From a virus: DNA of 64,000 bases. The first letter of the stretch is position 1. Every line of letters starts with the position of its first letter. A model generated the notes under the pieces. It was not told where the DNA came from. It did no database searches and saw only the letters and a program-made list of their open reading frames with translations. Made by a program: the position numbers and the translations under genes. Location: IMG/VR virus record IMGVR_UViG_3300016472_000940, positions 1-64,000 of that record. One strand, 5' to 3'. Below are positions 45,301 to 55,896 of this stretch, piece after piece.

Positions 45301-47800
45301 TGCCTGCAGTTACTTCCCAATAATATTTGCCAGCAGAAAGTGTTGTTTTTGCTGCAGCCATACGATGCTGGGCGGCGGCGGCGCCAGTGTTCACTGTTAA
45401 CCCACTATTTGAAACTGTTAAATTACTATTTCTTGAAAGTATATATGTTTTTATGTTATAAGATGATACAATAGAATTAGAGGTTGAATAAACAAAATCG
45501 GTAGGAGATTCATTATAACTAGCTTTGTCACTATATGTAAGTGCATTGACCTCATTTGTTAAGAAGCTAATAGGCTGAAAGAAGGTTGCACTACCGTTAA
45601 CGGCAAATGCAGCTGTAGGTGGAATAAAATTAGTAGTATATCTTGCTACACCTTGAGTAAATCTAAATTGATCGTAGAATGATCTATGTAAAGACCCTTG
45701 TGTGCCAAGTCTTAGGTATGCAGGTATATTATATCCTAAATTACCTGCAAATGATCTAGTGTCTACCGCGCTACCATTTAAGTATAGAGTTAAAACATTC
45801 TTACTTCTAACCCATGCTATGTGTGTCCACGCTGTTAGTATTCTATTATTAGAAGTAAATTGTACACCTGAATTTGTATATCCAGTTATTGCTTTACTAC
45901 TGTGATTATAATTGAGTGCAAAAAAGCTTGTAAGGTCTCTAGCAGGAATATTGAATATGTTGACATCGCTACCAGAGATACAAACATACCATGTTTCTAC
46001 AGTAAAATCTGTACCTGGGTTTGACCAAAATTTATTATAAGCATTGAAAACAGTAACAGCACTATCATGCGTCTCAATACCTCTACTATATTTTGCACAC
46101 AATGCATTAGTACCTGTTCCAGACCCGTACGTATCTGTATAAAATACAAATTTACTCGTAGCATCAACTATGGCAGCGTCTCTAAATTTTAATAAAAGTA
46201 CTGTATTTGGTATATTTGTAAGTGGTGAGGTTGGTGGGGTAAAGCTACTAGTATATACCGCGGTTCCGACCACCATGCGTAGGTTATAAATTAAACCTCC
46301 TGTAAAATATATTTGACCAGCTTGCGTACCTACCTCAATAGGTCTATCACTAAAGCTCACAGTATAACCGGTTGGTAAGAGTTGTGACGCACATTGTACA
46401 CCGTCAATAAAAATTAATAAACGATCGCCAGACCGAACAGCAGCAACGTGATGCCAGCAACCATCAGCAATAGTTCTGCCTGTAGATTGTGTAAATTGAT
46501 CCCATGTTCCTCTTCCCTCTGATAAGTAAATGCCAACATCGCTTCCAATACCAAAAAAGAAAGCACTATTATAATCTGACGCATTACCAGTAGATTGATT
46601 TAATACTGGAGAATTACCATTATTTCGATTTACACCGTCTGTCTTTACCCAACACTCTATTGTAAAATCCTTATTACCAAGACTAAATGCAGGGTTATAA
46701 GGAATTCTTAGACAGTCATTAATACCTCTTAAGTATAAGCTACCATCATATTTGTTTACATCATAAGTTTCCCCAGGTAAGTAGAAAGGTGAAGGAGATC
46801 CTTGACATGCTGTACTAAAGCTACTTATAGGATTATTCAGAGATGAATAATCTCTAAAAACTATATTATTACCGCTTAGTGAACGAGATGATAGAGTTTG
46901 AGTTAATAGAGATACTGCTCCAAAATATTCATCACTATTTTCTGGATAAGTTAAGCTTGGTTTTAGTGCACGAGAATAATCTTTACCAATACTTGTATGT
47001 GTAGAGTCGTCTATGAATGGTAAGTAAAAACCAAACTTACCGTATGTACCTGCGTACGGTTTAGGTTGCCACTCTCCATTATTATCATAATATCCAAACG
47101 CCGAAGCATCTAACGCTTGCCCGTCTACCCAATGAAGTTCCGCTAAATAACCATTAAATCTTGAGCTCCCGCTATAATCTGAATTTATATATAAACCAGA
47201 ACCACTAGTATTACCAAATTCAGTTACTTGATTTAAGTTAGGATAGGTAGGGGTGCGATTTATGAAATTGCCTGTACCGGGTGATTCATAAGTCTTAAAA
47301 CTAGTCTGTAGTTGTCCGTTAATATATAGCTTTTGTCTGTTTTCAGGTTGTGGTTGGGTTGTATCAACAGCCCACACAAAATGATACCACGCTGAATTAT
47401 CCCGAAACCCCGGCAGTGTGTATAAAAATCCTTGCCATTGTCCTGGGGCGGCATTTATACCGTCCATATTGTAATAGCAAAATGTTGCTATTGTCCCGTT
47501 ACCATAATTATAAACACCATGGTTCCCTCCCATACCCGGAAATGCCACTGCACCAATCCAATTTCCAGTAGATTCAGCTGCACCCGTATTTACTGCCATT
47601 TGCCGGAACCAAAATGATTCTGTATATGTTCTGCGGTTACCGTCTATGGCTCCGCCTGGAAGTCGATAAAGAAACTGATTACGTGTAGGTACATTTCTTA
47701 ATGACTTAGTAATTTGATAGGGAGTAAAGGTCGTAGGCTGTGTATTACTAAAACCGTAACCACGTGCAGCTGTTGAACTAGCTGTAGATATACGAGGCAT
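42368..47800 (-). CDS. Large tail fibre protein with LamG/ConA and SPRY domains
   Basis: DFT.E.W and W.H.A.VR LamG motifs; GK.Y.E SPRY; PDLVWIK.R; FVYCGFKP. Confidence 0.85.
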   Translation of the reverse strand: MPRISTASSTAARGYGFSNTQPTTFTPYQITKSLRNVPTRNQFLYRLPGGAIDGNRRTYTESFWFRQMAVNTGAAESTGNWIGAVAFPGMGGNHGVYNYGNGTIATFCYYNMDGINAAPGQWQGFLYTLPGFRDNSAWYHFVWAVDTTQPQPENRQKLYINGQLQTSFKTYESPGTGNFINRTPTYPNLNQVTEFGNTSGSGLYINSDYSGSSRFNGYLAELHWVDGQALDASAFGYYDNNGEWQPKPYAGTYGKFGFYLPFIDDSTHTSIGKDYSRALKPSLTYPENSDEYFGAVSLLTQTLSSRSLSGNNIVFRDYSSLNNPISSFSTACQGSPSPFYLPGETYDVNKYDGSLYLRGINDCLRIPYNPAFSLGNKDFTIECWVKTDGVNRNNGNSPVLNQSTGNASDYNSAFFFGIGSDVGIYLSEGRGTWDQFTQSTGRTIADGCWHHVAAVRSGDRLLIFIDGVQCASQLLPTGYTVSFSDRPIEVGTQAGQIYFTGGLIYNLRMVVGTAVYTSSFTPPTSPLTNIPNTVLLLKFRDAAIVDATSKFVFYTDTYGSGTGTNALCAKYSRGIETHDSAVTVFNAYNKFWSNPGTDFTVETWYVCISGSDVNIFNIPARDLTSFFALNYNHSSKAITGYTNSGVQFTSNNRILTAWTHIAWVRSKNVLTLYLNGSAVDTRSFAGNLGYNIPAYLRLGTQGSLHRSFYDQFRFTQGVARYTTNFIPPTAAFAVNGSATFFQPISFLTNEVNALTYSDKASYNESPTDFVYSTSNSIVSSYNIKTYILSRNSNLTVSNSGLTVNTGAAAAQHRMAAAKTTLSAGKYYWEVTAGTEAGSVNIFGMAPLSSHYTDGIYTGLIEGFGYGYSTTAGLPYAGPGYQTNIAAGNFGSIANQSVLGFAYDAQTGNAWVRNSTGWLGGGDPAAGTTPAWTRLGTNTTLLPLAPAVSLYNTTAATGTTFNFGLRPYTFTPPAGFSDIVDITYDPGVRGTFCTINPVGPRVGQQPTVTGYAAAGELDCGMAAANIGGSTSQMWIGTTQGLQTGKWYFEATYIPTAVNTADAIGLKESNIQQNATNYWMNNTITDFFMLRQDGNKKTGSTSSVLHRQAIQRNDIIGVAYDADAGNLWFSVNGTFLANGNPVSGINAAFTSLDGLSTSKAYVPVFSCYGSGGANTRTWDCNFGARPYAFRPPTGFRPLCTAVLPLTSNTGLRLNQINRAFNVTAYTGGNVIYNTDPLAGGLELALPLNGYQLMPTFWNYDACNIISNGQRPRKPLVNNNVTISANPDTSFLYASAAFFNGSTANLVYNNVAFNEFVLGVQNFCVEGWVYPIEHRGPAGNAQAIVYTSNTTDANGIWFGINSGVNNWYWLAGTSGTWSWSRDTGVLATSGMWHHFAYVRENSEFRLYIDGRLIDTVTGRTESLTNADGVITIGGRVVASQYYRGYIQDIRVYKNFTKYVSNFTPPSAITSRIINTENAFESPVKQIQNISFQPDLVWIKSRGTQSTQPHGLHDVVRGADNLLSTVYSNNSSNTTFYLSSYNINGFTVRETISANTPGLDYVAWSWKAGQSTELNTNGSIPTRVNVNKQTGLSIFRYTGNSTFGATIGHGLDTPPSFIIVKGLSANLGFANNNWWVQHIAFANNEVAKFNLTDAVSVETTGTGSTWNTTKANSNVITLGDQAGVNRLNGQYIGYAWCEVTGYSKFGSYVGNGNTDGPFVYCGFKPRLIILKSRAAGRLWVIKDTARTTSNGYDYEIYNTSITENSYYTNPQGPVIDFYGNGFKIRSTASETNTNAETFIYCAFAEIPYRFARGC

Positions 47801-48696
47801 TAGGCAAATTGTGTTTGAGAGGCAAGTACTCTAAAGGTTGCAGGGGCAACTTTAATAATAGTGTAGGTGTATGTATCTAAGCTATTCAAGTTTCCTCCGG
47901 CAGGAGCACCAGCGTTACCTTGCCAATAGGGTATAACTTGAGTACCATCGACCCTTACCGCACTGCAAAAAACTGACACAGTACTTGTTGATACTAAGTG
48001 TACGCAGGTAACAGTTTGTCCAGGGTATAAAACACTATCTAATGTTGCTGCATTATTCCCTCTAAAATTAACAGACCAACTTCTTATAGTCGGAGCAGAT
48101 TGAAAAAGTACGGTTTGTGATAATACATCAAAATCAATATTATCTACTATATTTTGCGCAATATTAGTTTTTTCTATAGTTTGTTGTACTGTTAATGTAC
48201 CAACAGCAGATGTTGTACCAACCACAGTAAAGCTGGCTTGAGGACAATCTGTATTAATCCCTACTCTACCCACATCAGAAATATGAAATGCGACACCTGA
48301 TTCATTATCAATAAATTGTGCAAGGGGTTCAGTACCTCTTTGTCTAACTAAAATAGCAGGCCCCGTGCCGTTATTAATAACAGACAATGAGCTAGTTACC
48401 GATACTATAGTATCTAGGTAAGTAAAATCCCCTAATGCTGTAATGCTACCTAACACTGTAAGATTACCGCCTACAGTGGCGTTACCAGAAAGCGATAAAT
48501 CAGCAAAATTTGTTTTTGCTGAGGTTATTGCACCGTCTGCAATATTTGCGGTGCCTAGAGGAGAAGCTAAATTTAATTTACTATTCGTAACAGCACCATC
48601 AGCAATTTTATTTGTTGTTACTGCATTAGCGGAAATGCTTGAAGATGTAACTGCATCATTATCAAGCATTCCTTGGATAATAGTAACTAGGGGCAT
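47800..48696 (-). CDS. Tail fibre connector/accessory protein
   Basis: AVT..KIA repeats; C-terminal WQG..AP..GN.NS.D.YTYTIIK...F.VLASQT.FA. Confidence 0.75.
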   Translation of the reverse strand: MPLVTIIQGMLDNDAVTSSSISANAVTTNKIADGAVTNSKLNLASPLGTANIADGAITSAKTNFADLSLSGNATVGGNLTVLGSITALGDFTYLDTIVSVTSSLSVINNGTGPAILVRQRGTEPLAQFIDNESGVAFHISDVGRVGINTDCPQASFTVVGTTSAVGTLTVQQTIEKTNIAQNIVDNIDFDVLSQTVLFQSAPTIRSWSVNFRGNNAATLDSVLYPGQTVTCVHLVSTSTVSVFCSAVRVDGTQVIPYWQGNAGAPAGGNLNSLDTYTYTIIKVAPATFRVLASQTQFA

Positions 48697-48708
48697 ATAA
48701 TGTATTTA

Positions 48709-51700
48709 TTACCTTGCTCGCGCGATTTTAAATGGTGATTCTGCAAAAGCAGCGAAAACGTATCGCCCGGAAGCTACATTGCCATCTGCACCGGCATAAT
48801 TAAGTTTAAATCCGTTTGAAGTTATATCTACCGTTCCTCCAAAAGTTAATGCATTTGAATTCGCAGGGCTCAAATAATAAGTGGCTGGATTATATTTATT
48901 TTGTGAAATAGATGGATCAAAAATAAGCCACCCCACTGTATCTGCAGCATCGGCCCGTTTATACATTAAAAATGCAGGTTTAAATCCACAAAAACAAAAT
49001 GGACCGTTTGTGAGATTATTCGACCAGTATACACCAAACCTACTAAATCCTGGAATTTCCGCAAACAAATATGCAACATATTCACCAGCAGACCAAAACG
49101 TTCCTAGTGTAAATTGAGTATTTGTAGGGGCGGTATTGTTCCATACAGATGTATCTGCAGTATACCCTGCAGTACCAAACGTAAAATATCCTCCTTGTCC
49201 TGCTATACCATCACTGGTACCGTATTGATGAAAAATACCCCAATTTTGCCCGGTTTGCGGGGACATTGCTTTGACAATCATCATTGCTGGTTTTTGACCT
49301 AGTTGATGTAAGAATGTTTGATTACTACTAGCAGTTTTTGTAATTTGTGCTATATCAAACCCCGCAGCTCTATTTTTTCTCCAACTCCATGAACTATAAT
49401 TAGCATTTAATGCATTATAGGTGTTGTGTGGACCAACTATAAACCCGGTGGGTAAAAATGCTTGTAAACCGGCAGGTTCAGCTGTTTGACCAGCTGTACT
49501 TTGTGCAGATAAAGAAACAGTAGCACCACGCGTTGTATCGATCAATACATGTGATGTATTAGCTATACCTTTTATCCATATTAAATCAGGTATTGTTGTC
49601 CCTAAGGTTTTTACAGGAATTCCCGATAACCCTGAAGTTGTTACGGTACGAGTTGAACCGGTCCCTACATAATGTGTGTTGCTAAAAAAATCTCCTGGTT
49701 TTCTAATAATTGTTGCGGGTAAATTTGTATAACAAAGCGCTTTGTAACCGATAGGTATTTGATACAAAAAAGGCCGCTGACCGTAATTATGATGGCATAT
49801 AGCCCCTCCATAATACCCAGCAGCAGGTTGAAAATAATCTCCATTATAAGTTGTAAGTATTGTTGTTGCACCTGGTGCGGGGTTTGCACCCCCAACAGGG
49901 TCACCACTACCTTGCCAAACTCCATTTTTGGCAACAAAATATTTTTTATTATCTAAATCTAATGCATGTGAAATTACATCACCGGCTGCAGTCCATGTAT
50001 TTCCGTATGGAGTTGAAGTATTATTATATTGTATATGACCGTTAGATGCATAATAACCAAAACTTTTATTTGAACCACCTTGTTCGTTATATCCGGGGTG
50101 CCACTGCGCATTATTATCGAGGCCTGTAGTAGTAACGCGTGTAACTCCCGTAATTATATAAGTACTGCCATTCACATTTATATCTTCCCAGTACCACTTA
50201 CCTGATCTTACACCCACTGTTGTGCTTGCACCATACCATGCATTGCCACCATATCCTCTAGATCTTAACCCACACCGATCTACATACGTATTATCGTTGG
50301 CATTAAAGGGACTCATTACAGGATAATTACCCCGCGGGTTTACATCGGTATAAGGTGTAGGCACATCAAAGCATGAGTCGTTGCTAGTACCGTAATTAGT
50401 TGAAGTAGAAACTGACAACCCTTGTGAGGGGCCAAAATATACATAATTACCGGTATCCGGAAGTTGTGTAGTCGGTGGAGTAAATGAAGTGCTATCAGTA
50501 GAGTATCTTGCAATACGTGAAATTCTTATATCCGCAACTTCACCATTAAAACCAGCATATGTTCCAGTTTGATTTGTTCGACCAATGTAAATACCGTTAT
50601 TACCACCATCATTAAGAGTTCTGGAAACCGCAGTCGCACCGGTGGAAGAATGTACACCGTTTAAATATAATCTAACGTTACCATTGTATCTGATAACGGC
50701 TAAATGATACCATGTATTCGGTGACATGGTTGATACTGTAAAGTCTGCACCTAATTGTGTAGACTGTCCATCAAAGCTAAAAAATCCTATTTGTGTGGAG
50801 CTATTAATACGAACTATCCAATTACCATTAGCACCCACCGTATAATATTTTGCAGAAGAGATAATAGGTGATGCCGGACTAAAGGAGCTTGTTCTGAACC
50901 AACATTCAATAGTAAAATCAGTATCGTTAAGATTTAAAGTTGGACTAGGATAAACCCAGGCAAAAGCACCATAGCTTCCTGCAATAGTCGCACTTGATAA
51001 GGCCAAACTACCCGTATTATATTGCTTGACAAAGGTATTAATTCTCGCCCCGTTTTGTAAGTTAACTGTATTTGTTCCTGTGCTATCTACCACACCACCG
51101 CTTGCAAAATTTAATAATAAGCTTGTATTAGTTATAGCTGGTAGGGGTGTTGGTGATGGTATAAAGTTACCTGTGTATACCGCAGATTTAGTAATTCTAA
51201 AATTCGATAACCACCCACGCATAAAATAACTAGCTAGTGTACCGCCATTAGTTGCATGTCTACCAATCCACGGGGTGTAACTAAAATTAGTTACATTAAT
51301 ATCAGTATTTGAAAAGTCAGCAGATCCACCGTTAGTTACATTTATACCGTTTACATATAACACACCTGTAGTGCCAGATTTAACTAAAGCGACATGCTCC
51401 CATCTACCTCTTACATTAGACGCACTCGCAATGCTAGTTAGACTCTTATCACCGCCTGGGGCGAAGTTATTTCGAATACTTACAAAGTATTGTGACCCGT
51501 TACCTGTATCCTGACGATCAAATTCAAATTGATCAAAATCTATATTCAAAATACCTATTAAATTTTTATTATCTTGAACTTTAATCCAAAATTCTATAGT
51601 CCAATCACCGGTTCCAAGATTTAACGCATTATTTGACGGTAATTGTAAATATTCACCATCTGCTAGGTATACAGAACCACCGTAATCAATAGAGTAAGAA

Positions 51701-52629
51701 ACATTTACAGGTAGTTTAAATGGACTTTCTGAGCCTTGTGTGGCGCTAGGTGTAGCAACAATAGTCAGACGATTTACGGAGTCATCAACAAAAGTATTGT
51801 TTGTAGCACTAAGCGAACCGTTACAATGTAGTAGCAACATTGTTGAATCCCAGTACGGGTCAGGAAATGACCCAGGCGTGGGATGGTAAGAGAAATCATA
51901 CCCTAAGGTATACGGGCTTGTAGTGTCACTATAATTTAAATAAAACCCATTAGTGCCATATGTACCGATATATTTTCTTGGTACCCAGACACCACTATAC
52001 GTATCAAAATAGCCAAAATTTGACGGATCAAGCGTTTGACCGTCTATATAATTGACTTCAGTAAGATATCCGTTGAGCGGGACATTATTACCTGTATCGG
52101 AAATGTAGTGTGGTCTAGACGGATCATTAAACGCGGTTTCTTCGCCGGTATTGGGATAGGTAGTGGTTGAAACATCTAAATCAGCCCGTACACCATTTAC
52201 ATAAAAAGCGACACGGTCAGAAGATAACGGTGCAGTATAATTTACAGCAACTATAAAATGATACCACGCGGTTGGATCGCGAAATGCACCAGTAGTCTGT
52301 GCTACTCTTCCCCACGCCCCTACTCGCCAATCCCAATATACTAGCCTTCCATCTTGTAGATAGATATAGCTGGCAGAGTTTACACCTGTACCTAGAGGAG
52401 CGGTATGAAAGAAAGCATTACTTGTAATTTGCGAATTAGATCTAAAATTAAGATTCTTATACCACCCGCTCCAAGTAAATTGTTTCCTCGACCCTTCGTG
52501 GTGTGGTGTTCTATAGAGATAACTAGCTTGTGTTGTAGGGTCTCTACTAAATCTTAAAGATTTAGATATTCTATAAAGATTAGGTTGCCCGCTACCGAGA
52601 AAACCTAGCGGTGAGACAGGAAAAGCCAT
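48709..52629 (-). CDS. Tail fibre protein with LamG and SPRY domains (paralog of 42368..47800)
   Basis: Same architecture and the same terminal AFAE.PF..AR. Confidence 0.85.
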   Translation of the reverse strand: MAFPVSPLGFLGSGQPNLYRISKSLRFSRDPTTQASYLYRTPHHEGSRKQFTWSGWYKNLNFRSNSQITSNAFFHTAPLGTGVNSASYIYLQDGRLVYWDWRVGAWGRVAQTTGAFRDPTAWYHFIVAVNYTAPLSSDRVAFYVNGVRADLDVSTTTYPNTGEETAFNDPSRPHYISDTGNNVPLNGYLTEVNYIDGQTLDPSNFGYFDTYSGVWVPRKYIGTYGTNGFYLNYSDTTSPYTLGYDFSYHPTPGSFPDPYWDSTMLLLHCNGSLSATNNTFVDDSVNRLTIVATPSATQGSESPFKLPVNVSYSIDYGGSVYLADGEYLQLPSNNALNLGTGDWTIEFWIKVQDNKNLIGILNIDFDQFEFDRQDTGNGSQYFVSIRNNFAPGGDKSLTSIASASNVRGRWEHVALVKSGTTGVLYVNGINVTNGGSADFSNTDINVTNFSYTPWIGRHATNGGTLASYFMRGWLSNFRITKSAVYTGNFIPSPTPLPAITNTSLLLNFASGGVVDSTGTNTVNLQNGARINTFVKQYNTGSLALSSATIAGSYGAFAWVYPSPTLNLNDTDFTIECWFRTSSFSPASPIISSAKYYTVGANGNWIVRINSSTQIGFFSFDGQSTQLGADFTVSTMSPNTWYHLAVIRYNGNVRLYLNGVHSSTGATAVSRTLNDGGNNGIYIGRTNQTGTYAGFNGEVADIRISRIARYSTDSTSFTPPTTQLPDTGNYVYFGPSQGLSVSTSTNYGTSNDSCFDVPTPYTDVNPRGNYPVMSPFNANDNTYVDRCGLRSRGYGGNAWYGASTTVGVRSGKWYWEDINVNGSTYIITGVTRVTTTGLDNNAQWHPGYNEQGGSNKSFGYYASNGHIQYNNTSTPYGNTWTAAGDVISHALDLDNKKYFVAKNGVWQGSGDPVGGANPAPGATTILTTYNGDYFQPAAGYYGGAICHHNYGQRPFLYQIPIGYKALCYTNLPATIIRKPGDFFSNTHYVGTGSTRTVTTSGLSGIPVKTLGTTIPDLIWIKGIANTSHVLIDTTRGATVSLSAQSTAGQTAEPAGLQAFLPTGFIVGPHNTYNALNANYSSWSWRKNRAAGFDIAQITKTASSNQTFLHQLGQKPAMMIVKAMSPQTGQNWGIFHQYGTSDGIAGQGGYFTFGTAGYTADTSVWNNTAPTNTQFTLGTFWSAGEYVAYLFAEIPGFSRFGVYWSNNLTNGPFCFCGFKPAFLMYKRADAADTVGWLIFDPSISQNKYNPATYYLSPANSNALTFGGTVDITSNGFKLNYAGADGNVASGRYVFAAFAESPFKIARAR

Positions 52630-52632
52630 ATA

Positions 52633-55533
52633 TTACGGTACCCAGCTATAATTTTGTACAGATGTACCGTACATAAATCTCCCATCACTAATAAACGTGA
52701 AGATGTCCATAGCACTAGCACCCTGAGTAAGTGTGGGTGTTACACCATCGGGGAATCTATATAAAGAATCAAAGAATAGCTGTACATTACCAGATAATGT
52801 ACGTACCATAAGAATATATGTACCGCCTGCAATTTGATTTGTCGGGTTAGAAAGTAATGTATTGCCGCCAGCGGACAGGTATAAGTTTGCAATTTGATTG
52901 TCTCTTAAATTCCAATTTGCAGAGAAAGGATTAGTGTTTGTGTATAATAATCTGGCTTGCTGTATACCGTGAAACTTTGCATATACGGAAGGCACATCAC
53001 CTAATCTATCAGCTAGATCTTCACCACCGGAAAATATTTTATTTCTAGTCCAAATGTCGGTTGCAGAAACAGTTTGTACAGCACCAATATTAATTGCGGA
53101 TAATGTTCCTTGAACTTGAAGTTCATGTACGGGGTTATTTGTACCGATACCAACTTTAATATTATCCCCGACATATAAAGATGTACCAGATTCCTTATCA
53201 ATAAACTCAGCAATTGGTTGCGCACCCTGCTGTCTTACCACTAATGCAGGACCGGAGCCGGCATTAATTACAGACAGAGCACTAGTGGTAGTTAGGAAGG
53301 TATCTATTACGGTAGTCGAACCAAGCGCGGTTAAGTTACCATATATTGTTACATTACCAGTAGCGAAAATATCTACCGCATTTAAATTACGACCTGTAGT
53401 AATGTCTCTACCAGCAGTAATGCTACCACCGACTGCTAAGTCGTTTATAATACTAATATTAGAGTCTAATTTATCTGAAGTAACGGCTAAATTGGCTATC
53501 TTTGGTGTGGTAATTGATAGATTCGGTACAGTAAAAAATTGACTATAAAATTGTACAGTTCTGTAATTAATTTCAATAAGTGCAGCGGAAGGTGGTGCTT
53601 GTACAAAGGTTAAAGTATAGTTGTTTGGTACAATAGAATATGAATCTTTATTTTGATATACACCTGAAAAGTATACATCTAGATCGTGCGATGTTGCAAC
53701 AGCGCACACCAAATTATATTGTGTTGTAACTCCGTCGCCGGTGTATGTTTGTGGTTCAATCCGAACCATAACACCGCTTAATTTTCTATAGCTTATAGCA
53801 TTATCAGCAATAGAAGAATTAATAACTGAATTTGGTGCTGGTACAGAGAGTGTATATGGGAAGTACCGTAGGTATTGAACCTCTACAACTTTATTACCTT
53901 CTGGTGGAGGTGAACTTAATTCTAAGGTTTTTGGTGTGGTTAAAGAATAGGTATCTTTCCTTTGATATATACCTGATACAAAAACAACTAAATCATCCTT
54001 ACTGTAGACTGCGCTCGGTAGTTGAAAAGTTGTTTGACCGGGGCCAACATCAAAAGCTTGATTAAGAAGTACACCATCAACTAATACAAAATTACTTGCA
54101 GAAACTGTACCAACAACAGAAAGGTTACCATAAATTGTCCCGCCTGCGGAAGTAATGAATGCTCCTGTTCTAGTCTTCTCTATAGTTACTGCATAATTAG
54201 CTAATTTTTGGGTAGTTATAGAGTTATCAGAAACGATACCGATAGGTAGTGGGTTAGCCTTTACATACACCACTTCAATATTTTTATCTCCTACAGTATC
54301 CGGTACGGGTGGTGCTTCAACAAATGTAATTGAGCTCCCCGGGCCTGATGTAAAGTTATATGTTAGCTTGTCCTGGTAAATACCAGAGACATAAACCATA
54401 ATATCATTACCGCTAGAAATTTCTTGAGTAAGATAAAATGTTTGTTGACTACCTGTCCCGGTAAAGCTATCTACAGGAAAATTAGCAATATTTTGTATTT
54501 GACCATATATAAAATCAGCTGTAAGACCGCCCACCACAGATGCACCACCACTAACATAAATTCCTTTTGTAAAATCTACTGGTGCTTCAAATGTTGCGCT
54601 GCTTAGTAAAATATTGTTTGATGATAGATATTCAATGAGTGCTCTTACATTTAAACCAGGCTCTAATAATAAAAATTGAGCTATATCTCGCCCGCCACTT
54701 ATAATGTTACCATCTGTAAAGATATTTGAACGTGCACTTAAAGTTTGAACAATTACATTAATAGCTGATGATGTAACTGTAGTGAGTAAAAAGCTGCTTA
54801 TAGTATTTGTGTAGTTGTAAACAGAATTCCATAATGCGCTTGAACCATCAGGTGTTACAAAGGCACTATTATCACCAACGAACTTATTTGCGTAAATATT
54901 ATCACTTGCACTAATATCACCCAATACTGTAAATTCTTCATTTGGGTATATGTTAATACCGACACGACCTAGCCCATTAGGCCAAGCAGCATCCGTTATA
55001 CGCATAACCTCACGATTATTGTCTATGTCTTTAAATATCGCTATATCATAAGCGCCAAAAGAAGTTGCAACATACAATGCTGGTGAAATGCCTGCTGCAA
55101 TAACACTTAAAGAGGACACCGAGGTTTGTTGTGTTGTGAGAAAGCTTGCACTTAATGCCGAAAAAGTACCATTGACTGTAAAATTACCTTGAATGAGTAG
55201 GTTTCCATATAGATCTAAATCTCCGTACAATGCACCGCCTGATGCTTTAAAGTATAAAGCATTTGCTTGTGGTACTGTTATCCAGGAAGCACTGTTAATG
55301 TGAAGTGTTGTATATGTACTATCCCAGTTTTCTGTTCTTGCAAAAACTCTTTGACCGGCAGCGTTTGTTGTCAGTACGTATGTATCAAACGCCATTGGCG
55401 CTGGTATCGCAGGAACACCGAGGTTAGGCTCAGCATTCTGTAAATTTAAAAAAGAATAACGCAGAATATCTGCGCTGATCGGGGGTACAACCTTGACCCG
55501 TTCACTAAAGTAGGTCGGGCGAAGATTGCTCAT
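52633..55533 (-). CDS. Tail fibre base/structural protein
   Basis: FL.L..AEPNLG; three V.VSG.YQ modules; C-terminal DIFTF.SDG..MYG. Confidence 0.8.
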   Translation of the reverse strand: MSNLRPTYFSERVKVVPPISADILRYSFLNLQNAEPNLGVPAIPAPMAFDTYVLTTNAAGQRVFARTENWDSTYTTLHINSASWITVPQANALYFKASGGALYGDLDLYGNLLIQGNFTVNGTFSALSASFLTTQQTSVSSLSVIAAGISPALYVATSFGAYDIAIFKDIDNNREVMRITDAAWPNGLGRVGINIYPNEEFTVLGDISASDNIYANKFVGDNSAFVTPDGSSALWNSVYNYTNTISSFLLTTVTSSAINVIVQTLSARSNIFTDGNIISGGRDIAQFLLLEPGLNVRALIEYLSSNNILLSSATFEAPVDFTKGIYVSGGASVVGGLTADFIYGQIQNIANFPVDSFTGTGSQQTFYLTQEISSGNDIMVYVSGIYQDKLTYNFTSGPGSSITFVEAPPVPDTVGDKNIEVVYVKANPLPIGIVSDNSITTQKLANYAVTIEKTRTGAFITSAGGTIYGNLSVVGTVSASNFVLVDGVLLNQAFDVGPGQTTFQLPSAVYSKDDLVVFVSGIYQRKDTYSLTTPKTLELSSPPPEGNKVVEVQYLRYFPYTLSVPAPNSVINSSIADNAISYRKLSGVMVRIEPQTYTGDGVTTQYNLVCAVATSHDLDVYFSGVYQNKDSYSIVPNNYTLTFVQAPPSAALIEINYRTVQFYSQFFTVPNLSITTPKIANLAVTSDKLDSNISIINDLAVGGSITAGRDITTGRNLNAVDIFATGNVTIYGNLTALGSTTVIDTFLTTTSALSVINAGSGPALVVRQQGAQPIAEFIDKESGTSLYVGDNIKVGIGTNNPVHELQVQGTLSAINIGAVQTVSATDIWTRNKIFSGGEDLADRLGDVPSVYAKFHGIQQARLLYTNTNPFSANWNLRDNQIANLYLSAGGNTLLSNPTNQIAGGTYILMVRTLSGNVQLFFDSLYRFPDGVTPTLTQGASAMDIFTFISDGRFMYGTSVQNYSWVP

Positions 55534-55886
55534 TACGCTGGGGTGTTAATAGTTTCTAATATTGAAAGGGTTGCATGCATGCTTTTGTTAGCACCGCTCC
55601 AAACAAGTAGCTTATCACCTTCGGTTAATACTATTTTACCCATAGCAATATTAGCTGCATCATACGCAGGAACGGTGAATCCACTTATTAAGAATGTAGT
55701 TGTACCAAATGCTGCACTAGAGAGCTGTACTGTAACAGTTTGATTTTCATGTGTAATATTGGCAATTTGTGTGGCTAATATAATTGCAGCACGCGAAAAC
55801 GGTGCAGTGTAAGTACTTATAGATGGATCATACGTAGACAACGGCAACGTTACATTTTTAAATAGATTAAGAGGTACTGTAGCCAT
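55533..55886 (-). CDS. Small virion structural protein
   Basis: LN.FK, YTAP, QIAN, VP..DA, GK.VL..GD.L. Confidence 0.75.
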   Translation of the reverse strand: MATVPLNLFKNVTLPLSTYDPSISTYTAPFSRAAIILATQIANITHENQTVTVQLSSAAFGTTTFLISGFTVPAYDAANIAMGKIVLTEGDKLLVWSGANKSMHATLSILETINTPA

Positions 55887-55896
55887 AATATTTTAT